Assembly: GCA_902493795.1 (NCBI GenBank)
Contig: CABUQZ010000001.1
Coordinates: forward strand, 104,963 to 168,962
Source: an uncultured Clostridium sp.
Lineage (GTDB): Bacteria; Bacillota_I; Bacilli_A; RF39; UBA660
Direction: 5' to 3'
DNA: 64,000 nucleotides
A program made the translations under genes and the position numbers. The notes beneath the pieces are model-generated. The model searched no databases. It was not told the origin of the DNA and worked only from the letters and a program-made list of their open reading frames with translations. Positions 48,200 through 58,303 of the stretch are shown one piece after another (position 1 is the stretch's first letter; every line of letters begins with the position of its first letter).

Positions 48200-49519
48200 T
48201 TATATTCTTTTTGAAAGTACTTCTGATTCAAAATCATCACTGTCATCATAAATAATTTCACGTATAGAATCCATTTCGTAATCTATTGAATCTTTTTCTT
48301 TTCTTGGACTAAATACCTTTTTCAAAGCTTTCTTAAATGAATTTTCATATATAGTAAAATTAATTAAATTAGATAAAGTTTGAGAAGAACAAAAGCAATT
48401 AAAATCACGAATCATAATCTTTAAAGAACGTTTATTAGCTAAATATATTGGAATATTTTTAAATAAAGAACCTAAGTCTTTTACTAAACCGTTTCCATAA
48501 GGATTAACTCTTGATAAATTATATCTAGAAAAATCAACACGTAGTAATTCTTCAGGAGATTTAAATTCTCTTTTTTCAACTGGTTGTCTTTCAATATCAA
48601 AAGTAAATTTACCAGTAACAGGTGCAGGATAAGGATTTTTTACTAAAACCATTCCATTTTCATCAACTTCAACAATAGATTCTAATTCTTTTTGTTTTCT
48701 TTCTGATGATGCTTTCTTTGATTCCTCTATCATTCCTTTTAGTTTGTTTTCGCCTTGTTCAACTGAACTAGGTACAAGATTAGCATCTCTTGTTAAATCC
48801 TTCTTTAATATAACTTTACTATTAGGATTCAATAAGGAAGTAGCGTTTTCAGTTACATCTATATTTTTAGGCTTAATAAGAGAAGTAGTTGAAGAAGAAT
48901 CCAAAGCTGGATCTAAACCTGAAACTGAAATAGTTTCAGATACCTCTTCTTCCTTAGGAGTTTTATTTCTAACTACTTTTTTATAGTTAGGATCATATTT
49001 TTTCAATAATCTAGTATTAAATCTTCTCTCTCTTTCATAAGAATTTTCTAATAGTTTTTCTTCTTCCTGAGATAAATTTTCTTTAGTTGATAACTCTTTT
49101 ATTGATAACATATAATCGTTTCTTTTAATTAAACGTAAATACTCACCTATATTGTTTCTTAATTCTTTAACTATATTAGAGTATAAAGTAATATTTTCTT
49201 CACTAACATCTTTTTGTTTCATTATAGATTTTACTTTATTTAAATAGTAATTTAATTTATTACGAACATTTACTAATTCTTCATTAGTCTTAGCATTTCG
49301 TATTTCATTAATTAATGATTTTATAAGTTCTCTAGCATTACAAAGAGCCTCATTTGCTTTTTTATCATTAGCATCATCTTTTAATAAAGTCGAGATGATA
49401 ACTTCATCAATATCTAAACAAATATTAGTATTGTTTGAATCAATAGACTTTGTAATAAGTTCTAAGGCTAATTTTCTATTCTCTTCTAATTTCTTAATAT
49501 ACTTTTCAATTTTATTCAT
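48200..49519 (-). CDS. Hypothetical protein (about 440 aa; helical N-terminus, low-complexity middle)
   Basis: Long ORF. ATG at 49519 after a GGTGA RBS. No recognised motif. Confidence 0.5.
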   Translation of the reverse strand: MNKIEKYIKKLEENRKLALELITKSIDSNNTNICLDIDEVIISTLLKDDANDKKANEALCNARELIKSLINEIRNAKTNEELVNVRNKLNYYLNKVKSIMKQKDVSEENITLYSNIVKELRNNIGEYLRLIKRNDYMLSIKELSTKENLSQEEEKLLENSYERERRFNTRLLKKYDPNYKKVVRNKTPKEEEVSETISVSGLDPALDSSSTTSLIKPKNIDVTENATSLLNPNSKVILKKDLTRDANLVPSSVEQGENKLKGMIEESKKASSERKQKELESIVEVDENGMVLVKNPYPAPVTGKFTFDIERQPVEKREFKSPEELLRVDFSRYNLSRVNPYGNGLVKDLGSLFKNIPIYLANKRSLKIMIRDFNCFCSSQTLSNLINFTIYENSFKKALKKVFSPRKEKDSIDYEMDSIREIIYDDSDDFESEVLSKRI

Positions 49520-49631
49520 TATTATCACCAGATTCCTTATTATTCAAAATTTCTTCAAAATCTTCTAATAATGCTAAAACTTTAACTAAATTTTCATCAC
49601 TTAGATTCTCTAAGTCTTTTTCACTAACCAT
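49512..49631 (-). CDS. Micro-ORF, 39-aa acidic peptide (MVSEKDLENLSDENLVKVLALLEDFEEILNNKESGDNNE)
   Basis: GGGGGT RBS 6 nt upstream of the ATG. Its stop overlaps the start of the downstream gene (ATGAATAA). It is below the ORF-track cutoff. Confidence 0.3.
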   Translation of the reverse strand: MVSEKDLENLSDENLVKVLALLEDFEEILNNKESGDNNE

Positions 49632-49717
49632 ATATTTACCCCCATTAATTGCGCATATTATACCATATTTTATAAAAAAAGTCAAAAAAACCCATTATTT
49701 TCAAGGCTTAGAAGAAA

Positions 49718-50653
49718 TTATCTAAAAAACCTTTTTCTTTCATTAGAAGGAACTAACTTCTTTATGGCTATTATTTCATCCTCTAATCTTTTTTCTTTAT
49801 CTGTCTGATAATTAGTTAAAAACGAAGATTCTTTTTCATAAATTCCTGTTTTAGAATTAAAAGTATATCTCTCTAATCTATGCACTTTCCAGTCCATCAA
49901 CAAATAATTAAAATATCTTTCATTTACATTTAAATGTGTTGTAGTAATTATTCTAGGTTCTATTTCACTATCTTTTTTACAAGGATTAACTACACTACCA
50001 TTTGGTTTAAATCTCTCAATAGAATCATATCCTAACATAGTTACACAAATATCTTTGAAGTATTGCATCAAAACAAATTTGACATATCTTTCATAATTTT
50101 CATTAGTTGGATCTTCTTTTCCTGTTAATTTCTCGAAAAGAGCTTTATTAACTACTTCTACTTTTCTATTAATTGCTTTAAAGAAATCTTTATTTTGGTA
50201 TGCATTTTTAAAAAATATAATTAAATCTTTTTTAAAAACATCATATTCATTTGAACGATTCATTTTAGAAAGAATATCATGATAAAAACCATCTAGATAT
50301 TTTAAAAAAGCTGTATAACCCAAATCATTAAGCCCAGAACCATCAAACTTAAACCTTATCCCTCTTTGTATAATCTCTCCAGTATCTTCTAGTACATTAC
50401 CCTCAAATATATATGGATACTCTTCCAAGAAAGATTGTAAATTTTTTATGTTAGTATTTTTAACAACAAAACTAAAAAATCCAATAAAAAATGCCGCTAA
50501 AGGATTTCCCCAAGAAACATGTCCTCCTAATGATTCTTTAATAGAATTATCATAATCAATAAGTGTACCATTAGGTGAGATATATCCTATAAAAGGTTTA
50601 TTAGTAGTAGTCTCTCTATTTTTAATTTCATCTCCAAAGTACGTAACTGCCAT
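49718..50653 (-). CDS. Hypothetical protein (311 aa)
   Basis: ORF 8 nt downstream of the DUF3419-like gene. No recognised motif. Confidence 0.5.
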   Translation of the reverse strand: MAVTYFGDEIKNRETTTNKPFIGYISPNGTLIDYDNSIKESLGGHVSWGNPLAAFFIGFFSFVVKNTNIKNLQSFLEEYPYIFEGNVLEDTGEIIQRGIRFKFDGSGLNDLGYTAFLKYLDGFYHDILSKMNRSNEYDVFKKDLIIFFKNAYQNKDFFKAINRKVEVVNKALFEKLTGKEDPTNENYERYVKFVLMQYFKDICVTMLGYDSIERFKPNGSVVNPCKKDSEIEPRIITTTHLNVNERYFNYLLMDWKVHRLERYTFNSKTGIYEKESSFLTNYQTDKEKRLEDEIIAIKKLVPSNERKRFFR

Positions 50654-50661
50654 AATATCAC

Positions 50662-51597
50662 CTATCTTTTCTTAGTGTAAGTGTATACCTTATCGATATC
50701 ATTTACTTTTTTTGCATAAAGCCCCATTTTATCATACTTATCAGTGTCACCTTCAAATCCACCAAAAGAATAGAAAAGCATTTTTCCATCATCTTCAAGA
50801 AAAGGACTCATTCTTCTAATAAGTTTAGGCATCTCTTTTTTAGATATTAAAGAATATATAGAAGAAAAATTTATTTCAGAGAATTTTCCATCTACTGATT
50901 TATTTAAATTAATTGCTTCAATTCTATGAAAAGGAATATCTATTCCACTTTTTAAAATTGACTGAAGTTTATCATAATTTTTTCCTTCAAAATAATTATT
51001 AAAATGTCTTACACCATAAGGGACCTTATAAAGAAAAGAACAATAATTTTCAGGAAATTTGCTTTCTTTATAATAATACCAAAAATTATAAGACTCTCTA
51101 GATAAAGGAAGTTCATCTAAATGTTCTAAAGCATATGTTAATAAAGAATCAGCATTTTCTAAAAATTCGTTATATTGAAACTTCTCAATACAAGCTCGTT
51201 TTAATTCAAAATAATATCTTGTAAATGCGTTAATATCAAAAGACTCGATATTTTCAGCTCCATTTACTATATAGTTAAAGACATGATCACCAGAAGATAA
51301 AACAGTTAATATTCTATCATTTCCATCATAAGAACCAATTGAATCTTTAATATTTTCAGTAGCATACTCATAAACTCTATCATACATAGAAAAAGATGAT
51401 GTAGAAGTATGATCAACATTTACAAACTTTAAAGCATCTCTTTCTCTAATATACTTATCAACTTCTTTAACTATTAAAAGAACCTCTTCATCACTAAACT
51501 TATTTCCAACAATTCTTCTAACTGTCAAAATAGGATTACTTTGAAAAGCTAATAATTTTTTCTTATTATTTATAATCGTTTTTATCACAGAATCCAT
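50662..51597 (-). CDS. BtaA/DUF3419-like SAM-dependent enzyme, paralog a
   Basis: 'RILTVLSSGDHVFNYIVNGAENIESFDINAFTRYYFELKRAC' parallels the DUF3419 core (ltI.SaG.N.ldyl....V.AVDlN..Q..LLELK.AA), recalled from memory. GGGGGT RBS before the ATG at 51597. Confidence 0.5.
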   Translation of the reverse strand: MDSVIKTIINNKKKLLAFQSNPILTVRRIVGNKFSDEEVLLIVKEVDKYIRERDALKFVNVDHTSTSSFSMYDRVYEYATENIKDSIGSYDGNDRILTVLSSGDHVFNYIVNGAENIESFDINAFTRYYFELKRACIEKFQYNEFLENADSLLTYALEHLDELPLSRESYNFWYYYKESKFPENYCSFLYKVPYGVRHFNNYFEGKNYDKLQSILKSGIDIPFHRIEAINLNKSVDGKFSEINFSSIYSLISKKEMPKLIRRMSPFLEDDGKMLFYSFGGFEGDTDKYDKMGLYAKKVNDIDKVYTYTKKR

Positions 51598-51717
51598 AAT
51601 TACCCCCAAAATTAAACGATATTATACCACAAAACACATAAAAAATCACTATTTTTTTTTAAAATAAAAAGTATTCTAGAAATAATCTAAAATACTTATT
51701 AAAGACCTAATAACAAA

Positions 51718-51936
51718 TTATTTTCCAAATATTCCAGTAACTTTTCCTAATAAATCTTTTCCTTGATCTGCAGCAAGTTTTGCTTTAACTCCATCAATTA
51801 CTCCATTTATCTGATCATCTGGAAGATCTACTCCTATAACTCCTTCAACAGCACTTACAGGATTTTTAGTAAAGCTTTCCATAAATTTTGGATCATCTTT
51901 TACTTTTTTTACTATTTCTTCAATTTTCTCTTTCAT
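51718..51936 (-). CDS. Small helical hypothetical protein (72 aa)
   Basis: ORF with its own flanking intergenic regions. 'GVDLPDDQINGVIDGVKAKL' motif. The family is not named with confidence. Confidence 0.45.
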   Translation of the reverse strand: MKEKIEEIVKKVKDDPKFMESFTKNPVSAVEGVIGVDLPDDQINGVIDGVKAKLAADQGKDLLGKVTGIFGK

Positions 51937-52106
51937 CTTTAATTCCTTTCATTTTATAAATTACATATATTATTTTAAAATATCAATAAACAATTGTCTA
52001 TCATTAAAATAACTAAATTTATATCTACTATGTTTATATACACAATTAAAGTTTATATAATTAAACAAAGAGAAAAAAATTTACTTTTCTTTAGAAATTA
52101 TATAGG

Positions 52107-52928
52107 CTATTTTTTTAAAGTATATACTTTTTGTTTGTTACTTAATGTTATCTCTTCAAAATTAGATTCTATTGCATAAGTTGGTCTTCCATAACCATAA
52201 AGAATTATTCTTCCGTCATTAGTTAAATGTTCTTGAATTTTTGGTACTAATTTATCTATAACTTCTTTAGGCTTAGGTACATAATCAAAAACATTTGACA
52301 AATTAATTTCACTATATTTACCATTCATGTTATTAGGTAAATCAACAACATTACATAAATGAAAAGGAACACTAAAACCATTTAATAGTATAGATTTAAG
52401 CTTATCATAGTTTTCTTTTTCAAAATAAATATTATAGGCTTTTCTTTTTTGTCTAATCATACCTCCAGATCTAGATAAAATATACATTTGGTCATCAGCA
52501 TTTAATATACAATACTTCCAAAATAAATATGTGTCTCTATCTAAATAATTACGATATAAATCAAGATCTTTTAAAGTTAAATCAAATGATACTCTGTTAG
52601 ATAAATTATTATATTCTTCACATGAAAGTGTCATTATTTCAGCACACTTTAATTTAAAAAAGTAATTAGTTACTTTATTAATATCAAAAGTTTCAATATT
52701 AGATGCTCCCTTTAGTAAATAATTAAACACATGATCACCTGATGATAAAATAGTTAATATTCTATCATTATCTGTGTAATTTCCCAAAGCTTCTCTTAAA
52801 TTTTCGGTAGTAAACTCATAAAATGATGAATATTTATGAAATTTCATTTTTCTATTATATACACCATCAAGAAATTTTTTTGCATCAACTATACCAATAT
52901 CTTCTTCTTTTTTCCACCTGAAAAACAT
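52107..52928 (-). CDS. BtaA/DUF3419-like SAM-dependent enzyme, paralog b
   Basis: 'RILTILSSGDHVFNYLLKGASNIETFDINKVTNYFFKLKCAE'. It is collinear with paralog a along its whole length and translationally coupled to the upstream gene. Confidence 0.5.
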   Translation of the reverse strand: MFFRWKKEEDIGIVDAKKFLDGVYNRKMKFHKYSSFYEFTTENLREALGNYTDNDRILTILSSGDHVFNYLLKGASNIETFDINKVTNYFFKLKCAEIMTLSCEEYNNLSNRVSFDLTLKDLDLYRNYLDRDTYLFWKYCILNADDQMYILSRSGGMIRQKRKAYNIYFEKENYDKLKSILLNGFSVPFHLCNVVDLPNNMNGKYSEINLSNVFDYVPKPKEVIDKLVPKIQEHLTNDGRIILYGYGRPTYAIESNFEEITLSNKQKVYTLKK

Positions 52929-52929
52929 T

Positions 52930-53694
52930 TTAACCCCCTATTTGTTTTATTTTGCTTTTAAATAACTTTCTTACTCTTGGATAATCATAAGTATCTATAT
53001 TATCCTTTTCAACTATTTCGTCAACATCAAACGCATTTTCACCAAGCATCTTAACAAATTTTTTAAGCTCTTCAGAACTCATATTTTCTATATAAAATAA
53101 TGCTGCATCAAATGAAGAAAAATCTCTAACGTTTACACATAGATTCTCTTTAATTTCGTCATCAGTATAAAATTCACGATTTGAGTAGTAATCATTTAAA
53201 AAAATTAAATGTCTTTTTGCAGTAATAAGCATTTCTTTTAGGTTATTAGCTTCAAATAATTCATTATAATTTCTATAATTATCTTTAAAAAATAAATACT
53301 GATATAAAAAGCCTAACAACCCTCCATTTATAGGATCCTCTTCTCTAGTAAGCGCAATAGAATCTCCTAGGATTCTAACAAGTTCTGCTCTATACACATC
53401 TCTTGCTAAAAAAGTTGGATAAACTACTTTTATTCTATCTTCTCCAAAATCACAGATTGTACTTTGACGAAAAGGATTATTCTTTACGATTAACTTTCTA
53501 TTTTTTAGTTTTTCTTTAGCTTTTTCTGTCATAAAATCAAAGTTTAAATCTAATAATTCAAAAACTTTTTTCCATGAAACTTTATTTGTTAAAACAAGGT
53601 CTGTTTTAAGTCCATTAAAAATATCATCGAATTTACTATCTAGTTCACGTGCAAGTTTAAGTGTGTCAATTTGTCTTTCATATAATTTATCCAT
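52930..53694 (-). CDS. Unknown-family protein X1
   Basis: Shares 'YPTF.AR..Y..E......G', 'LLGF.YQYLFF' and 'SSFDAAL..IE.MS' blocks with 57481..58299 and 58304..59083. Confidence 0.5.
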   Translation of the reverse strand: MDKLYERQIDTLKLARELDSKFDDIFNGLKTDLVLTNKVSWKKVFELLDLNFDFMTEKAKEKLKNRKLIVKNNPFRQSTICDFGEDRIKVVYPTFLARDVYRAELVRILGDSIALTREEDPINGGLLGFLYQYLFFKDNYRNYNELFEANNLKEMLITAKRHLIFLNDYYSNREFYTDDEIKENLCVNVRDFSSFDAALFYIENMSSEELKKFVKMLGENAFDVDEIVEKDNIDTYDYPRVRKLFKSKIKQIGG

Positions 53695-53726
53695 AATATC
53701 ACCTGAGTAACTATTATAATCTATTT

Positions 53727-53760
53727 AAAAAAAAAATAAAGCTTATATTTCTATAAGCTT
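53727..53760 (-). terminator. Rho-independent terminator of pheST
   Basis: AAGCTTATA-gaaa-TATAAGCTT palindrome followed on the minus strand by a T10 run. Confidence 0.7.
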
Positions 53761-53766
53761 CATATA

Positions 53767-56145
53767 TTATTTATCTCTTAAAACTGCATTATGTTTCTTT
53801 GTAACTTCTTCAATAATTTTATTAAATACTTGCATTACTTCTTCATCACTAAGAGTTCTAGTCATATCTCCAAATGTTAATGAGTAAGCGATTGATTTTT
53901 CAGTTGGTTTTAAATTGTTTCCTTTATATAAATCGAATACTTCTATATTAGTAAGAAGCTTTCCTGCTTTACGTCTTATAGTATCAACTATTTCGTATGA
54001 TGTTACCTTATCATCAACAATAAATGCTAAGTCTTTAGTAATTGTTGGATACTTAGAAATCTCTTTAAATTTAATAGGACGAGTTTTCTTAGCTATTATT
54101 TTATTCATACTAAGTTCCATAACATAAATATCATCTTTTGAAACGCTAGGATGAACTCTTCCCATATATCCAACTGGTTCTTTATCAAGAGTAACTACAC
54201 ATGATATACCAGGATGCATTCCATCAATTGTTTCAACTTGTAATTGATATCTATTATTAAATCCTAGATAATCAAATAAGTTTTCCATAATTCCTTTTAA
54301 CAAATAAAAGTCTACTTTTGTACCTTCTTTATTCCATGTATTAGAAATATAAGATCCTTTCATTAAAACAGATATCTTAGTTTCTTCAACATCTTTATCG
54401 TAGTATGTATTAGCAATTTCATAGATTAATACATCTTTAACACCACGAGCTTTGTTATATTCATAAGTTTTTAATAATGATGGTATAAGTGTTTGTCTTA
54501 TTACCTTCTTATCATTACTCATAGGTCTTAAAAGTTCAATACTATTATGTCTATCATACTTAAATAAGTTATTTTCTTCATCACTTATTAAAGTATATGT
54601 TCTACATTCATTAAGTCCTAAACTTCTAAGTCTATTAGAAATTAATTTTCTATATTTAACATTTCCAATATAGCTTCCATTTTTTGTTTCAGATTTAGGT
54701 AAAATAGATGGAATCTTATCAAATCCATAAAGTCTTCCTATTTCCTCGATTAAATCTTGTTTGTGTGGCTCAACATCAAGTCTTCTATTTGGTATAGTAA
54801 CAGTATAAGTTGTACCATCTTTTTTATAATCAAATCCTAAGTTATTAAGACTTCTTTCTACATCTTCACAAGTAATATCAATTCCTAAAACAGTGTTAAC
54901 CTCATCTAAAGTAACTGAAGCAACTTTTTCTTTTTTATCGATATTATCGTAAACAACGGTATCGCTTAATACTTTACCATCAGCGTACTTTTCAAGTAAA
55001 TGACAAGCTCTTTCAATTGCATAATTACAATTTTCCCAGTTTAGTCCACGCTCGTATCTTAATGATGCTTCACTTCTTAAATCAAGTCTTAATGAAGTAT
55101 AACGAACATTGTATGGATTAAATATTGCACTTTCTATTAATACATCTTTAGTAGTTTCATCAACATCAGTGTTTTCTCCACCCATAACACCAGCAATACA
55201 AACAGGTTTATTTCCATCTGTAATTACAATATCTTCACTAGTTAAAGTTCTTTCTTTCTTATCAAGAGTCTTAATAAGTTCATTATCTCCTGCCATACGA
55301 ACCTTTATTTTGTCACCTAATTTATCTTTATCGAAGAAGTGTAAAGGTTGTCCAAACTCTAACATAACATAGTTTGAAATATCAACTACATTGTTAATAG
55401 GTCTCATTCCTGCAGCAATAAGTCTATGCTTAATGAAATCTGGAGACTCTTTAATTTTAACTCCTGTAACCATTTTAGCATTGTACATCATGCAATTTGG
55501 AGTATCAATTTCTAAAGAAAAATGTTTTTTAACAGAATCTTTAATAGGACTTGTAGACATATCAGGTAAAGTAACTTTCTTACCTAACACACTAGCAACT
55601 TCATAAGCAAAACCAATATGATTAGTACAATCAATATTACGATTTGGATTTAAGTCAAGTTCATAAATTGTATCATCAAGTCCCATTTCTTTAATAGGAT
55701 CACTTCCAACTTCATAACTATCTGGAAGAATATGAATTCCTTTAGAGTAGTTCTCTTCATTTTTTTCTTCAAGACCTAATTCAAATAAAGCACAAATCAT
55801 TCCATTTGATTCAACTCCACGAATTTTACTTGCTTTAATTTCGAAATCACCAGGTAAAACAGCACCAGGAAGAGCTACTATTACTTTAATTCCTTTTTGA
55901 ACGTTAGAAGCTCCACATACTATTTGAATAGTATTGCTACCAATATCTACCTTACAAACGTGTAAGTGATCAGAATCAGGATGCATATCGCATTCTAAAA
56001 CTTTTCCAACTACTAAATTATTTAATTCGTTACATGTAACTTTTTCAACATTAACACCAGCATCAGTAACTTTTCTAGCTAAATCTTTTAAATCAACTCC
56101 ATCAAGATTAACGTACTCTTTTACCCAATTCATACTAATAGCCAT
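53767..56145 (-). CDS. pheT: Phenylalanine--tRNA ligase beta subunit
   Basis: 'NWVKEYV' N-terminus, tRNA-binding OB domain, B3/4, B5 and FDX-ACB domains. ATG at 56145 after AGGAGAG. Confidence 0.95.
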   Translation of the reverse strand: MAISMNWVKEYVNLDGVDLKDLARKVTDAGVNVEKVTCNELNNLVVGKVLECDMHPDSDHLHVCKVDIGSNTIQIVCGASNVQKGIKVIVALPGAVLPGDFEIKASKIRGVESNGMICALFELGLEEKNEENYSKGIHILPDSYEVGSDPIKEMGLDDTIYELDLNPNRNIDCTNHIGFAYEVASVLGKKVTLPDMSTSPIKDSVKKHFSLEIDTPNCMMYNAKMVTGVKIKESPDFIKHRLIAAGMRPINNVVDISNYVMLEFGQPLHFFDKDKLGDKIKVRMAGDNELIKTLDKKERTLTSEDIVITDGNKPVCIAGVMGGENTDVDETTKDVLIESAIFNPYNVRYTSLRLDLRSEASLRYERGLNWENCNYAIERACHLLEKYADGKVLSDTVVYDNIDKKEKVASVTLDEVNTVLGIDITCEDVERSLNNLGFDYKKDGTTYTVTIPNRRLDVEPHKQDLIEEIGRLYGFDKIPSILPKSETKNGSYIGNVKYRKLISNRLRSLGLNECRTYTLISDEENNLFKYDRHNSIELLRPMSNDKKVIRQTLIPSLLKTYEYNKARGVKDVLIYEIANTYYDKDVEETKISVLMKGSYISNTWNKEGTKVDFYLLKGIMENLFDYLGFNNRYQLQVETIDGMHPGISCVVTLDKEPVGYMGRVHPSVSKDDIYVMELSMNKIIAKKTRPIKFKEISKYPTITKDLAFIVDDKVTSYEIVDTIRRKAGKLLTNIEVFDLYKGNNLKPTEKSIAYSLTFGDMTRTLSDEEVMQVFNKIIEEVTKKHNAVLRDK

Positions 56146-56146
56146 T

Positions 56147-57199
56147 TTAGTCACTCTCCTTTCTGTCAAATGTTTCTTTATGTCTTAAATCATTTGTATA
56201 AAATGTTCTAACATCAGTAATTCCATATTTTAACATAGCAAGACGTTCAGCCCCAAATCCAAAGGCAAATCCACTCCATTTTGTCGAATCATATCCACAG
56301 TTATCAAGTACATTATGATGAACAATTCCAGCACCACCTACTGTAATCCAACCAGTACCCTTACAAATACTACATCCTTTACCACCACAGTTAAAGCAAG
56401 ATATATCCATTTCAACAGATGGTTCAGTAAATGGATAGAAACTAGGACGGAATCTTGTTTCACGATCATTTCCAAACAAATGTTTAGCTAAAACATCAAA
56501 AGTAGCCTTTAAATTAGCAAGTGAAACATCTTTATCAACTAGTAATCCTTCTATTTGAGTAAACTGATGAGAATGTGTTGCATCATCATCATCTCTCCTA
56601 TAAGTCTTACCAGGACAAATAATTCTAATTGGAGTCTTCTCTTTATTTTCTAACATTGTTCTAATTTGAACAGGAGAAGTTTGACTTCTTAAAAGAGTTG
56701 TATCTCCTTCTGTGTAGAATGTGTCTTGCGCATCTCTTGCAGGATGTCCCTTAGGTAAATTCAAAAGTTCAAAGTTATATAAATCCTTCTCAACTTCAGG
56801 CCCTTCAACAACATCATATCCCATAGAAATCATTAGTTCTTCAACATCTTCAATTAACTTCTCAAGAATATTTGCTCCACCAACACTTACTTTTGTACTA
56901 GGAAGAGTTATATCAATCTTTTCACTTTCAAGTTTTTTATTTAATTCATCTTCTTTTAACTTTTCAAGAAGAGCATCAATTTTTTCAGTTACTTCCTTTT
57001 TTAACTCATTAGAAAGTCTTCCAACTTCTTTTTTTTCTTCAATTGATAAGCTTGCCATATCTTTAGTAAGTTCAGTAACTAGCCCCTTCTTACCTAAATA
57101 TTTAACTTTTAATTCACTTAAACTTTGAATATCTTCAATAGATTCTAAGTCTTTATTAAGGTTTTCTTTAATCTCATTAACTTTTTCTAAAGTACTCAT
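56147..57199 (-). CDS. pheS: Phenylalanine--tRNA ligase alpha subunit
   Basis: Class II motifs ('HPARD', 'FRPSFYPFTEPS', 'GFAFGFGAERLAM'). ATG at 57199 after AAGGAGAG. Confidence 0.95.
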   Translation of the reverse strand: MSTLEKVNEIKENLNKDLESIEDIQSLSELKVKYLGKKGLVTELTKDMASLSIEEKKEVGRLSNELKKEVTEKIDALLEKLKEDELNKKLESEKIDITLPSTKVSVGGANILEKLIEDVEELMISMGYDVVEGPEVEKDLYNFELLNLPKGHPARDAQDTFYTEGDTTLLRSQTSPVQIRTMLENKEKTPIRIICPGKTYRRDDDDATHSHQFTQIEGLLVDKDVSLANLKATFDVLAKHLFGNDRETRFRPSFYPFTEPSVEMDISCFNCGGKGCSICKGTGWITVGGAGIVHHNVLDNCGYDSTKWSGFAFGFGAERLAMLKYGITDVRTFYTNDLRHKETFDRKESD

Positions 57200-57438
57200 A
57201 ATATCTCTCCTTTCAAAATAAAAAGAGCACTTCATCCAAAGGACGAAATGCTCGTGGTACCACCTTATTTTAGTAAATAACTTACTCTTTAAATTCTTTA
57301 ACGTGAATTACTCGTTTACTATTAATAAAAGCCTATAGGACGAATTCATAAAGTATTTATTTGTTGTCTTCCACCTAACACAACTCTCTAGAAATAAATT
57401 ATCTTTATTACTACTTCCTAATCACAGCCATCAATATG
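57200..57438 (-). promoter_or_regulatory. T-box riboswitch leader (Phe specifier UUC)
   Basis: Minus strand: AGAGA box, 'GAAUUCG' specifier region, conserved T-box 'AAGGUGGUACCACGAG' (plus strand 57251-57264). A 9-bp terminator stem GAGCAUUUC/GAAGUGCUC plus a U-run lies just before the pheS RBS. Confidence 0.85.
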
Positions 57439-57444
57439 ACTATA

Positions 57445-57472
57445 ATTATAGCACAAGTTTTTTCTTTTGCAA
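57445..57472 (-). promoter_or_regulatory. Promoter of the pheST T-box leader (TTGCAA-16-TGcTATAAT)
   Basis: Minus strand: TTGCAA (57472-57467) and an extended -10 TGCTATAAT ending at 57445. Confidence 0.5.
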
Positions 57473-57480
57473 TAACGAAA

Positions 57481-58299
57481 TTAAAAACTATTTTTTCTTG
57501 CTCTAATTACCTTTTTTAACTCATTTCCCTCTTCTAATTTAGAAGTATTTTGAGTTATATATACTTCAGTTCTTTTAGGATAAAATGATTCTTGTTCAAC
57601 TTCTCTTACCACTTCAACTGGATCTATTCTATTATCATTTATTTTATCAATAAGTTGAAGTGAAGTCTCTAAAGATATTAAAGTTCTACGTATTTTTTCA
57701 ACTGCCTTTTCATATTCTTCAATTGAAATTTTACCTTGAAGAAATAACTGTCTCGCATTCAAAAATTCATTGATATCATCAATTTTTCCTTTAAAGTTAA
57801 TATCAATAAAGACATCTTTAGCCTTCTTTTTATCAAAGCTAGTTCTATAAAAGTATAAATACTGATATATTAAACCCAAAACATCACTATAATCACTACT
57901 AGAATTACTTGAAATTAGGTTTCCACATACTTTTACAAACTCTGGTTTATAAATAGCTCTTGCTGAAAACGTTGGAAAACCAACTTCTATTTTTTTATTA
58001 CTATCACCACTACTTACCCATTTACCATATATTTTCTGGTTAAATGGATTCTTTTTTAAAACGATATCATGACTTCCTAAAATATAAGGCGTGATACCTC
58101 CAACATATTCTTTTATAATATTATATGAAGAAAAAACTGTTGGCCATGTTGTTCTTTCTATAGTTCTTTTTTTATAATCTTCTAGAAATGTTCTAAAAGT
58201 GTTTTCATCTTCTTTTAAATCTTTAGCTACTTTAAAAATAGCATCCCCTTTTTCTTTTATTTCATGTTCTTTATAATAATCATATCCAATACTTGTCAT
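57481..58299 (-). CDS. Unknown-family protein X2
   Basis: 'TTWPTVF', 'FPTFSARAIYKPEFVKVCG', 'VLGLIYQYLYF'. Paralog of X1 and X3. AGGGGGT RBS. Confidence 0.5.
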   Translation of the reverse strand: MTSIGYDYYKEHEIKEKGDAIFKVAKDLKEDENTFRTFLEDYKKRTIERTTWPTVFSSYNIIKEYVGGITPYILGSHDIVLKKNPFNQKIYGKWVSSGDSNKKIEVGFPTFSARAIYKPEFVKVCGNLISSNSSSDYSDVLGLIYQYLYFYRTSFDKKKAKDVFIDINFKGKIDDINEFLNARQLFLQGKISIEEYEKAVEKIRRTLISLETSLQLIDKINDNRIDPVEVVREVEQESFYPKRTEVYITQNTSKLEEGNELKKVIRARKNSF

Positions 58300-58303
58300 T
58301 TTT

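Noticed and set aside
43115-53694. Prophage or integrative element interpretation of the 43-54 kb orphan region
   Set aside because: No integrase, terminase, capsid, tail, relaxase or conjugation genes and no flanking att-like repeats were found. All genes are co-oriented with the surrounding backbone.
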